Shown piece after piece: positions 1-8,806 of a DNA stretch of 64,000 nucleotides; positions within the stretch are counted from its first letter, which is position 1, and each line of letters opens with the position of its first letter. Source of the DNA: Acidocella sp. 20-57-95 (GTDB lineage Bacteria > Pseudomonadota > Alphaproteobacteria > Acetobacterales > Acetobacteraceae). Under the pieces are notes generated by a model. That model ran no database searches. It saw only the letters and a program-made list of their open reading frames with translations, and was not told where the DNA came from. The stretch covers positions 126,341 through 190,340 of the forward strand of contig NCAT01000003.1 of the NCBI GenBank assembly GCA_002255575.1, in the 5' to 3' direction. The translations under genes were made by a program, and so were the position numbers.

Positions 1-783
1 TACATGAAGCATTACAGCAACATCTTTAAGCCAACCGAAGTGCTGATGATGCTCTCGGCCTTCTCAAATATTGAGACCGTGCATATCGCCGCCTATTCGC
101 ATCTGCTCGATACCGTGGGCATGCCGGAAGTGGAATATACTGCCTTCCTCAAATACAAGGAGATGAAGGACAAATACGACTACATGCATGCATTCAGCAT
201 GGATAGTAAGCACAACATAGCTAAAACCCTCGCAGCCTTTGGGGCTTTTACCGAAGGGCTGCAATTATTTGCCTCCTTCGCTATTTTGCTGAACTTCCCG
301 CGCTTTAACAAAATGAAAGGCATGGGCCAGATCATTACCTGGTCGGTGCGTGACGAGTCGCTGCATTGCGAATCGATCATCAAGCTCTTCCGGACCTTCG
401 TGCAGGAAAACCCGGAAATTTGGACCGAGGAGCTGCGCCGGGAACTGTACCTTACTTGCGCAACCATCGTGGACCATGAAGACGCGTTCATCGACCTCGC
501 GTTTGAGCTTGGGCCGGTAGAAGGGCTAACAGCCGAGGGGGTGAAGCGTTATATCCGCTACATCGCTGACCGCCGCCTGACCCAGCTCGGGTTGAACCCG
601 CTTTTCCATGTCAACAAAAATCCGCTGCCTTGGCTGGATGAGATGTTGAACGCTGTTGAACATGCGAATTTTTTCGAGAATCGTTCGACCGAGTACAGCA
701 AAGCCTCGACGACCGGCAGTTGGGAAGACGCTTTCGCGGATTTTGAGACGGTTGAGCCCGCAAATATCCTTCCCGCTGAATAA
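1..783 (+). CDS. nrdB: Ribonucleotide reductase class I beta subunit, 5' part outside window
   Basis: Di-iron motifs (ETVHIAAY, EGLQLF, RDESLH) and C-terminal NFFENRSTEYSK. Confidence 0.95.
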   Translation, partial: YMKHYSNIFKPTEVLMMLSAFSNIETVHIAAYSHLLDTVGMPEVEYTAFLKYKEMKDKYDYMHAFSMDSKHNIAKTLAAFGAFTEGLQLFASFAILLNFPRFNKMKGMGQIITWSVRDESLHCESIIKLFRTFVQENPEIWTEELRRELYLTCATIVDHEDAFIDLAFELGPVEGLTAEGVKRYIRYIADRRLTQLGLNPLFHVNKNPLPWLDEMLNAVEHANFFENRSTEYSKASTTGSWEDAFADFETVEPANILPAE

Positions 784-803
784 ACTATAGGCTAACCTGA
801 AGC

Positions 804-836
804 CAACCTGGCATCTAAAGATGCCAGGTTGCTTTT
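804..836 (+). terminator. Intrinsic terminator after nrdB
   Basis: Perfect 12-bp stem CAACCTGGCATC-TAAA-GATGCCAGGTTG followed by CTTTT. Confidence 0.75.
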
Positions 837-1056
837 CTACCTGAAGTTGCTTTTTATAATCATACCGGGTATGCATTAAGCCCGGAAGGAAACGACAACC
901 CTGCTGATATTTTGTATGAAACGCGATCAATTAGAACATTATTTTGGAATGTTGTAACGCGGCATGATTTTGCGGTAAGAGTACTCTCACTAAACTTTAT
1001 CACAGGAATTAGATTTATTTTGATTGTTTTCCGGTGAGTCCAAAATTCGAAATGGA

Positions 1057-1344
1057 ATGATGAGCGTGAGTGAGAGTGATGACACCGGCACCGAGGGGCT
1101 AAAACAAACAGGTGCCACGCCACGTTACAGTCGGCGCCTCTCTGATAAAATTCTCATCGCATTTCACCATGCTTGCGACCAAGGCGATTACGAGATCGCT
1201 GAACAACTGCTCCACATCCTGGAAAATATGTTAACCCGCAGGACCGTCTCGCCAGACGCTAACCGCCGCAAAAGTATCGAGAGCTTGGTCGCAGCGCATG
1301 AACGGCTTTGGCATTTGCGCCACCCGGAACGCAATTTCGGCTAG
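1057..1344 (+). CDS. Small helical hypothetical protein (RRLSDKILIAFHHACDQ motif)
   Basis: Standalone ORF after an AT-rich intergenic region; ATG at 1057 or 1060 preferred over TTG 1024. Confidence 0.75.
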   Translation: MMSVSESDDTGTEGLKQTGATPRYSRRLSDKILIAFHHACDQGDYEIAEQLLHILENMLTRRTVSPDANRRKSIESLVAAHERLWHLRHPERNFG

Positions 1345-1354
1345 CGTGATCACG

Positions 1355-2122
1355 CTACCACTTGGTTGTGCGCGCCACCAAGGCAAAATAGAGCGGCGCT
1401 GGCAAAATTCGCAAAAACCGCAACGGCCAAGCCAGTCCACCCGGGAAGGCAATCAGGAATTTGTTTTTATCAAGTTCCCGCAAAATTATCTTGGCGGCAT
1501 CCGAGACTTCCATCAAGAACGGCATCGGGAATTTGTTTTTGGCGGTAAGCGGAGTTTTCACAAACCCTGGTAAAATAACTGAAATCCCAACATTGGCGCG
1601 GTCAAGGTCAAATTTCAGGCTTTGTGCCATGGCGAGCAACCCGGCCTTGGTGGTACTGTAGGTGACAGCCCCGGGCAGGCCGGCAAGGCCAGCCAACGAT
1701 GAAACAATACCGATTTGGCCGCGTTTGGCAGCGAGCATATTGGGCAAAATCGCAGCGAGGCAATTGGCGGTACCGAGCAAATTCACATCAATTTGTGTTT
1801 TGAATTTGGCGATGTCAAAATCCGGCGCGGTATCGCGCAAATAGGTTCCGGCATTCAAAATTACCCGCACGATTGGCCGGCCTGCTGCAGCTTCGATTTG
1901 TAACACCGCAGCACGCACCGCCACTTCATCGGTGATATCCAGCGGAAACACTAATATTTTTCCAGGGTGTGCGGCTGCTAAGCTTTCTAATTCATCAGCG
2001 CGGCGTGCTGAAACAGCGACGACCCAACCAGCTTGAGCCAGTTGCGCGGCAACCTCGCGGCCAATGCCGCTTGATGCCCCTGTTACCCAAGCAATGCCAT
2101 CTGACGCTGTTGGTATTTTCAT
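1355..2122 (-). CDS. SDR family oxidoreductase
   Basis: TGASSGIG Rossmann motif, NAG, YSTTK catalytic motif. Confidence 0.93.
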   Translation of the reverse strand: MKIPTASDGIAWVTGASSGIGREVAAQLAQAGWVVAVSARRADELESLAAAHPGKILVFPLDITDEVAVRAAVLQIEAAAGRPIVRVILNAGTYLRDTAPDFDIAKFKTQIDVNLLGTANCLAAILPNMLAAKRGQIGIVSSLAGLAGLPGAVTYSTTKAGLLAMAQSLKFDLDRANVGISVILPGFVKTPLTAKNKFPMPFLMEVSDAAKIILRELDKNKFLIAFPGGLAWPLRFLRILPAPLYFALVARTTKW

Positions 2123-3657
2123 AGACCTGCGCCCCCTCTATCGATCATATCTAACACATAAGCAGCACGCTCCCGCAATGAATTCACTTTATCTGGAGCC
2201 ATTTTACGTAAACTGCGTACTGGCATCGCCATGCGGGGGTTATTCTCGAATTTTTCAGCATGGCGGGCGATAAAATCCCAATAAAGTGCGTTGAAGGGGC
2301 AGGCTTTTGCACCAGTTGCCAAAGTCACGTCGTAATGGCAGCCGGCGCAATAATCGCTCATACGGTTTATATAGGCGCCCGATGCCGCATAGGGTTTAGA
2401 GCCGACAACGCCGTGGTCAGCGTGCAAAGCCATACCGCGGGTGTTGGGCATCTCCACCCATTCATATGCATCGGCATAGACCGCCAGATACCATTCATCC
2501 ACCGCATCCGGGTGCAGCCCTGCTAACAGTGCAAAATTACCGGTTACCATCAAGCGTTGAATATGGTGCGCATAGGCATATTGCATGGTCTGGCTAATGG
2601 CATCGCGCATGCAACGCATTTTGGTCTCGCCGGTCCAGTAAAAGGCGGGTAGTGGACGCGTGGCATTCAAGCCATTGCGGGTGGCGTAGTCTGGCATATG
2701 CAACCAATAAATGCCGCGGATAAACTCACGCCAGCCAAGAATTTGGCGAATGAAGCCTTCAACAGCGTTGAGTGGCGCTGCCCCTGCCCGGTAGGCTTGC
2801 TCAGCCGCCGCGCATAAATCCAGCGGGTCCAGCAAGCCTAAATTTAAGGGCGCTGAAACCAGACTATGGAACATGGTCGGCTCACCGGCCGCCATCGCGT
2901 CTTGCCAGTCACCAAAGCCAGTTAGCCGGTGTTTGATAAAATCTGCGAAGCCGGTCTTCGCTTCTTTGGCAGTCACCGGATAATCAAACATATCTAGCGC
3001 GCCGCAATGATGGCCGAATTTTTCCGCCACCAAAGCTAAAACTTGCTGCGTAATTTCATCTGGGACAAACCGGCGGGGCCTCGGTGGTTTAATGTCTTTT
3101 GGTAATTTCTTGCGGTTTTCGGAATCGTAATTCCATTTACCGCCAACCGGCACATCCCCATCCATCAGGATATTTTTACGCCGCCGCATCTCGCGGTAGA
3201 AAAACTCCATCCGCAGGCTGGATTTTCCTGCCGCCCACTCTCTAAAAAACGCATGGGTTGCCAAAAACCTGTCGTCAGCGCGTAAATCAACCGGCACGCC
3301 CAGCTTCGCCTGCCAAGTTTGCATATCTTGCAAAACGCGCCACTCGGCAGCTTGCGTGGCGACCACACCGGCGGGCCGCAATTCTTGCACCGCGCGCGCA
3401 ACCTCCCCAGCCAGCGTTTGGGTATTTTGCGGGTCATCAAGCCGAATATATCGCACCTGCACGCCGCGCGCGCTAAGGGCTGCGGCAAAATGCCGCATTG
3501 CTGCCAGCACCAGAGCGATTTTCTGCTTATGATGGGGCACATAACTGCACTCGCCCATCACTTCGGCCATCAACACAACATCTTGGGCGGCATTCAGGCC
3601 AGCCAACGCCGAGAGTGATTCGGAAAGCTGATCACCGAGAATAATTCTTAAGTTCAC
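2119..3657 (-). CDS. phrB: Cryptochrome/photolyase, FeS-BCP (PhrB/CryB) type
   Basis: ILGDQL N-terminus, HHKQKI, HHIQRLM and four Cys (MRCM, YCAGC, ACPF). Confidence 0.9.
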   Translation of the reverse strand: MNLRIILGDQLSESLSALAGLNAAQDVVLMAEVMGECSYVPHHKQKIALVLAAMRHFAAALSARGVQVRYIRLDDPQNTQTLAGEVARAVQELRPAGVVATQAAEWRVLQDMQTWQAKLGVPVDLRADDRFLATHAFFREWAAGKSSLRMEFFYREMRRRKNILMDGDVPVGGKWNYDSENRKKLPKDIKPPRPRRFVPDEITQQVLALVAEKFGHHCGALDMFDYPVTAKEAKTGFADFIKHRLTGFGDWQDAMAAGEPTMFHSLVSAPLNLGLLDPLDLCAAAEQAYRAGAAPLNAVEGFIRQILGWREFIRGIYWLHMPDYATRNGLNATRPLPAFYWTGETKMRCMRDAISQTMQYAYAHHIQRLMVTGNFALLAGLHPDAVDEWYLAVYADAYEWVEMPNTRGMALHADHGVVGSKPYAASGAYINRMSDYCAGCHYDVTLATGAKACPFNALYWDFIARHAEKFENNPRMAMPVRSLRKMAPDKVNSLRERAAYVLDMIDRGGAGL

Positions 3658-4298
3658 GATGTTATTTTCTGGTATGATTCATCGCCGTTGACGTGAAATT
3701 CGAGCCCAGACCAAGTTTCATTCTGGTCGTACCAAACGCTCAAATGCAGCTTGCCTGTTACATCAAAACGTTGCGCCACGATAAACCCGCCTTCTGCGGT
3801 GGGCAGCTTGTTCCAACCTGGTGAATTGACAATCGCAGGGTAGGAATGCGCCGTTTGGATGTTCAGGATTGTGCCATTCAGCATGTTCTTGTTCCAATAG
3901 GTCAGCGGCATGGTGTTCGGTGGGGCGGTATAGGTTGGGTAGCTCTTGTCGGGGTCGGTGTGGTTAATACCGGTCACCGTATAGCCATCGGCAGATTTTG
4001 CAGCCTGCACTTCAAGATTGGTGCCGTTATCGTTGATCATGCTGTGCAGGCTCTGGAACACCCCGCCCGACCATTTTTCCACCGCCTTTAAGCTATAGCG
4101 AAACACCGGAATCGACGCGATGGTTACCACCAACCCAATATTGATATCGACCGCCAGGTCGTCCCCTGTTTGGGTGAAATTTAAGTGATGTTCACCAATC
4201 GGCGCGCCGTTGCGTAACACCTTGAAAGCAAGGCTGTTATTCGCAGGAATCGGCAATGCAAAAGCGGCCGCGCTCAGTAAAAAACGCCGTCGATCCAT
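3654..4298 (-). CDS. DUF6134-like exported protein
   Basis: Tat-like MDRRRFLL leader, FKVLRNGAPIGEH motif, AGGAG RBS, 4-nt overlap with photolyase start. Confidence 0.7.
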   Translation of the reverse strand: MDRRRFLLSAAAFALPIPANNSLAFKVLRNGAPIGEHHLNFTQTGDDLAVDINIGLVVTIASIPVFRYSLKAVEKWSGGVFQSLHSMINDNGTNLEVQAAKSADGYTVTGINHTDPDKSYPTYTAPPNTMPLTYWNKNMLNGTILNIQTAHSYPAIVNSPGWNKLPTAEGGFIVAQRFDVTGKLHLSVWYDQNETWSGLEFHVNGDESYQKITS

Positions 4299-4371
4299 GC
4301 AATTTGGTCTCCTTAAGTTTCAGTCGCTAGATAGGGGCGACAGCGGCGGCGCGCCATGGCACAATATCGTT

Positions 4372-4893
4372 ATGCACCAGTTATTCCTGCTCCGGCACGC
4401 TAAAGCTGCCCGCCCTTCTGCCGAAATCTCGGACCATGATCGGCCGTTGACACAGGAAGGCCTGCGCGCAACCGCTAAATTGGGCCAGTTCATGCGTAAG
4501 GCCGGGCTCGCGCCGGATGTGGTGCTCGTCTCCTCCGCACTGCGGACCCAGGAGACGCTTGAAGCCTTGGAGGCAGCGCAGGTCTGGGATGAGCGGCCGA
4601 ATATCGACACAATACCCGGCCTTTACATGGCAACACCCATGCAAATCAGAGATTTTGTGCGTGAGCTGCCAGAAACAGTTCGCAGTGCTATGGTTATCGG
4701 CCACAATCCGGGGTTGCATGATGCCGCGTTGGGTTTAGCGAGCGCGGCTGGCCAAAAGCCAGAATTTACCCAACTTTCAGAGGGTTATCCAACCGCCAGC
4801 CTGTCAGAATTCCTGATCACCACGCAGTGGCATAAAGTTGGAACAGGTACCGGCACGTTGCAGCGGTTCGTTCGTCCGGTTGACCTCAAGTGA
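4372..4893 (+). CDS. sixA: SixA-type histidine phosphatase
   Basis: LLRHAK, VSSALRT and GHNPG motifs; start moved to ATG 4372. Confidence 0.85.
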   Translation: MHQLFLLRHAKAARPSAEISDHDRPLTQEGLRATAKLGQFMRKAGLAPDVVLVSSALRTQETLEALEAAQVWDERPNIDTIPGLYMATPMQIRDFVRELPETVRSAMVIGHNPGLHDAALGLASAAGQKPEFTQLSEGYPTASLSEFLITTQWHKVGTGTGTLQRFVRPVDLK

Positions 4894-5004
4894 TTGCTGC
4901 GACTGCGAAGGTTGCCTTTTGTGCGGGCAAGGGATTTAATACCTTGCATTAAGCAGCTTCCTAACTGACCACCTCACCCAACAATATTTTCAGAGGTTAT
5001 TCGC

Positions 5005-6318
5005 ATGCCCCATACGGCAACCAGCAAAAACATCGGCAGCGCCACGCTGAGCTATAACGGTAAAACGGCAACTCTCCCTGTGTTGGAAGGCTCAATGGGG
5101 CCCGCCGTTGCCGATATCCGCAAAATCCAGGGTGATTTGGGGGTTTTCACCTTCGACCCTAGCTTCGGTGCCACCGCCTCCTGTGAAAGCTCGATCACCT
5201 ATATCGATGGTGATGAAGGCGTATTGCTCTATCGCGGTTACCCGATCGACCAGCTGGCCGAACATTCAACTTTCCTCGAAGTTGCGCATTTGCTGCTGTT
5301 CGGGAACCTGCCCACCACCGCTGAACTGGATCATTTCACCCACGGCGTCACCATGCACACCATGTTGCATGAGCAAATCCGCCGCTTCTGGGATGGGTTC
5401 CGCCGCGATGCCCACCCGATGGCGATGCTCTGCTCGGTCGTTGGCGCCATGTCTGCCTTCTACCCGGACAGCATCGATATCAACGACCCGCGCCAGCGCG
5501 AAATCAGCGCCTACCGGATGATCGCTAAAATCCCTACCATCACCGCCTGGGCGCATAAATACAATGTTGGGCAGCCCTTCATGTATCCGCGCAATGATCT
5601 CAGCTATTCTGAGAACTTCCTCTACATGTTCCATGCTGTGCCGCCGCAAACCTATGTGCCGAACCCGATTCTCACACGCGCCATGGACCGCATCTTCATC
5701 CTGCACGCCGACCATGAGCAGAACGCCTCGACCTCCACGGTGCGTCTGGCCGGCTCCACCGGTGCCAACCCATTTGCCTGCATCGCCGCCGGCATCGCCT
5801 CACTCTGGGGTCCCGCCCATGGGGGTGCCAATGAGGCCGTGCTGAAAATGCTCGCCGAGATTGGCCATAAGGACAATATCCCGGCCTTTATAGCGCAGGT
5901 GAAAGACAAGAACTCCCATGTCAAACTGATGGGCTTTGGCCACCGGGTTTACAAAAACTTTGACCCGCGCGCGAAAATCATGCAGCGCACCTGCTACGAA
6001 GTGCTCGGCGAACTTGGCATCAAGAACGACCCGATGCTCGACCTGGCCATCGAGCTTGAAAAAATCGCCCTCGAAGACCCCTACTTCGTCGAGCGCAAAC
6101 TCTACCCGAACGTGGATTTCTACTCAGGCATCATCCTGAAGGCGATGGGCTTCCCCACCACCATGTTTACCCCCATCTTCGCGCTCGCCCGTACCGTCGG
6201 CTGGATCAGCCAGTGGATGGAAATGATCGAAGACCCGCAACAACGCATCGGCCGCCCCCGGCAGGTATACACCGGCGCCCCAACCCGCGACTACGTGCCC
6301 ATCGATAAGCGGGGCTGA
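5005..6318 (+). CDS. gltA: Citrate synthase (type II)
   Basis: [35 protein letters not shown]. Confidence 0.98.
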   Translation: MPHTATSKNIGSATLSYNGKTATLPVLEGSMGPAVADIRKIQGDLGVFTFDPSFGATASCESSITYIDGDEGVLLYRGYPIDQLAEHSTFLEVAHLLLFGNLPTTAELDHFTHGVTMHTMLHEQIRRFWDGFRRDAHPMAMLCSVVGAMSAFYPDSIDINDPRQREISAYRMIAKIPTITAWAHKYNVGQPFMYPRNDLSYSENFLYMFHAVPPQTYVPNPILTRAMDRIFILHADHEQNASTSTVRLAGSTGANPFACIAAGIASLWGPAHGGANEAVLKMLAEIGHKDNIPAFIAQVKDKNSHVKLMGFGHRVYKNFDPRAKIMQRTCYEVLGELGIKNDPMLDLAIELEKIALEDPYFVERKLYPNVDFYSGIILKAMGFPTTMFTPIFALARTVGWISQWMEMIEDPQQRIGRPRQVYTGAPTRDYVPIDKRG

Positions 6319-6348
6319 TGCTCAAGGGGTTGGGTTGGTGGGGTTGTG

Positions 6349-6538
6349 AAGAAAGGCCAAGGGGCTCTGCCCCTTGGAACCCCGCTAAGGGCGCGGCCCT
6401 TAGAACCTTTAAGGTTAAGAAAAACGGGCGCGCCGCGGTGTTGAAACACCAATGGACGCCCGTTTTTTTTAACCTTCAAAAATGGTTTCCAAAGGCGAGC
6501 CTTTGGCGGGGTCCAGGGGCAGAGCCCCTGGCCTTCTT
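6349..6538. repeat. Composite palindromic element, copy 1 (MITE/RPE-like)
   Basis: Imperfect inverted arms of about 57 bp, each with two hairpins, around a long central hairpin; homologous to 16205-16369. Confidence 0.85.
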
Positions 6539-6568
6539 AACCGTCCTACCAACCAACCCTCCTCGAGC

Positions 6569-7624
6569 ATGACCCGTTCATCGGGCACCATGGCGCGGTT
6601 GCTGCGCTGGCTGGCGGAGTCGCCAGCGCGGAATTTGGTGTTTGGGCTGGTTTATATGGTGGTTGTCGTTGCGGGGGCGACGGCGGCTTATGTAGCGGAT
6701 GGCTGGAGCTGGGGGGATGCGTTTTACTTCGTCATCATTACGGTATTTACGGTCGGCTATGGTGAGCTTCACCCGGTTGCGACGTTTGACCTGCGTTTTA
6801 TTACCATTGCCACGATTATTTTGGGCTGTACGGGGATTATTTTTCTCACCGGCGCGCTCGTGCAGTTCATTACCATTGCACAGATTCAGCTTTTGCTGGG
6901 AACCAAACGAATGAAAACGCAGATCGAAAAGATGGCTGGCCATGTGATTATTTGTGGCTATGGGCGTATTGGCCAGATGTTGGCCGATGAGTTGAAAGCG
7001 GGCGGCACTGAATTTGTGGTGCTGGAGTTAAATGAGCAGCGTTTTCATGAATCGGTGGCGGCGGGCAACCTGACAGTTCGCGGCGATGCGACTGACGAGA
7101 CGGTTTTGCATTCGGTTGGCATCGCAAAGGCGCGGGCATTGGCGAGCGTCGTGCCGAATGATGCGGCGAATGTGTTCATTACCTTATCGGCGCGCAACTT
7201 AAATAAACAGTTGGAAATTATCGCGCGCAGCGAGGCCCCGAGTACCAAAAGTAAATTGCTGCAAGCGGGCGCCAACTCAGTGGTGGAGCCCACCCATATT
7301 GGGGCCGAGCGGATTGCGCAGCTTATTATTTTTCCGCGCACATCATCATTCACTGATGGCTCGGACCGGATGCGCACACTGGGGATGGGGTTGCGCACGC
7401 TGGGGCTGGATTTAGAGGTGATGGCGGTGGCGGCCGATAGCCCCCTAGCGGGCGCCACCATTGAAACCGCTGAACATCAGGCAAGCGGCAGTGTGTTCGT
7501 GATTGCAGTGAACCGTAAAAATGGCGAAACCCTTACCCGCCCTGACCCCGCCACCATTATTGAAGCGGGCGACGGCGTGGTTGTTATTACCCGGTCTGGA
7601 CGCAGCACCCCGAAAATCAGCTAA
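6569..7624 (+). CDS. Potassium channel with TrkA-N/TrkA-C (RCK) domains
   Basis: Two TM helices around TVFTVGYG filter, ICGYGRIG RCK motif; start 6569 or 6590. Confidence 0.9.
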   Translation: MTRSSGTMARLLRWLAESPARNLVFGLVYMVVVVAGATAAYVADGWSWGDAFYFVIITVFTVGYGELHPVATFDLRFITIATIILGCTGIIFLTGALVQFITIAQIQLLLGTKRMKTQIEKMAGHVIICGYGRIGQMLADELKAGGTEFVVLELNEQRFHESVAAGNLTVRGDATDETVLHSVGIAKARALASVVPNDAANVFITLSARNLNKQLEIIARSEAPSTKSKLLQAGANSVVEPTHIGAERIAQLIIFPRTSSFTDGSDRMRTLGMGLRTLGLDLEVMAVAADSPLAGATIETAEHQASGSVFVIAVNRKNGETLTRPDPATIIEAGDGVVVITRSGRSTPKIS

Positions 7625-7695
7625 CACACCCTCTCGATTTTACGGCAGTGCAGCATTACATCCGACTCAACGTAAACTTTTAAAGGCTTTGTTCC

Positions 7696-8760
7696 ATGCC
7701 CTCTTTGTTCGACAGTTTGAAACTTGGCGACATCACACTCCCCAACCGCATCATCATGGCCCCCCTCACCCGCGCCCGCGCCGGGGCACAGCGCATGCCC
7801 AATGAGTTGATGGCACAATATTATGCTGAACGTGCAACCGCCGGTTTGATTATCTCTGAAGCCACCTCGGTCACCCCTATGGGCGTTGGCTATGCGGATA
7901 CGCCCGGCCTGTGGTCGGCTGAGCAAGTTGAAGGCTGGAAGCTTATCACCAAGGCCGTGCACAAGGCCGGTGGCCGGATTTTTGCCCAGCTTTGGCATGT
8001 GGGCCGTGTCTCAGCGCCGATGTTCCTGAATGGCGAATTGCCGGTGTCTGCCAGTGCCATCGCCCCAAAAGGCCATGTCAGCCTGGTGCGCCCGCAGCAG
8101 GAATATGTCACGCCGCGCCCGCTTGAAACATCCGAAATCCCCGGCGTGGTGGAAGCATATCGCAAAGCCGCCATGAACGCCCAGATGGCTGGGTTTGATG
8201 GTGTGGAAATCCACGGCGCCAATGGCTACCTGCTTGACCAGTTTCTGCAAGACAGCACCAACCACCGCACGGACAATTACGGCGGCAGCATTCAGAATCG
8301 TGCCCGCCTGATGCTGGAAGTTACCGACGGCGTGCTTTCTGTTTGGGAAGCTGGTCTGGTCGGCATGCATCTTGCCCCACGCATGGACGCGCATTCGATG
8401 GGCGATTCCGACCGCTTGGGCACCTTCTCCTATGTGGCCCGCGAGCTCGGTGAACGCGGGCTCGCCTTCATTTGCGCCCGCGAGCACAAAGCCGAAGACT
8501 GGATTGGTCCCAAACTCAAGAAAATCTTCGGTGGCACCTACATCGCCAATGAAGGTTTCACCAAAGACTCGGCCCAAGCGGTGCTGGATACCGGTGAAGC
8601 CGATGCTGTCGCCTGGGGTAAGCTCTTTATCGCCAACCCAGACCTTGTCGAGCGCTTCAGAACCAACGCGCCCCTCAACGAACCCAACCCAAGCACTTTC
8701 TACGCCGAGGGCGCCACCGGCTATACCGACTACCCGGCACTGCAATCCAAAGCTGCCTGA
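7696..8760 (+). CDS. Old yellow enzyme family alkene reductase (NemA-like)
   Basis: NRIIMAPLTRARA, EIHGANGYLLDQFL, DNYGGSIQNRAR. Confidence 0.93.
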   Translation: MPSLFDSLKLGDITLPNRIIMAPLTRARAGAQRMPNELMAQYYAERATAGLIISEATSVTPMGVGYADTPGLWSAEQVEGWKLITKAVHKAGGRIFAQLWHVGRVSAPMFLNGELPVSASAIAPKGHVSLVRPQQEYVTPRPLETSEIPGVVEAYRKAAMNAQMAGFDGVEIHGANGYLLDQFLQDSTNHRTDNYGGSIQNRARLMLEVTDGVLSVWEAGLVGMHLAPRMDAHSMGDSDRLGTFSYVARELGERGLAFICAREHKAEDWIGPKLKKIFGGTYIANEGFTKDSAQAVLDTGEADAVAWGKLFIANPDLVERFRTNAPLNEPNPSTFYAEGATGYTDYPALQSKAA

Positions 8761-8776
8761 TTTGAGGTTGAGGCGC

Positions 8777-8806
8777 GTAAGGCCAGGGGTTATGCCCCTG
8801 GCCTTA
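8777..8806. repeat. Collapsed copy of the palindromic element; probable bidirectional terminator hairpin
   Basis: TAAGGCCAGGGG-TTATG-CCCCTGGCCTTA between convergent genes; first 13 nt identical to 16205-16217. Confidence 0.7.

Noticed and set aside
6438-6451. GTTGAAAC in the element core resembles CRISPR repeat ends
   Set aside because: Only two copies 10 kb apart, no spacers or regular spacing, and no cas genes.
6482-6568. N-terminal extension of the K+ channel encoded by the palindrome arm (ORF-track start 6482)
   Set aside because: ATG 6482 lies within the element's paired region with no clear RBS; 6569 or 6590 is more plausible. Not fully excluded without proteomics.
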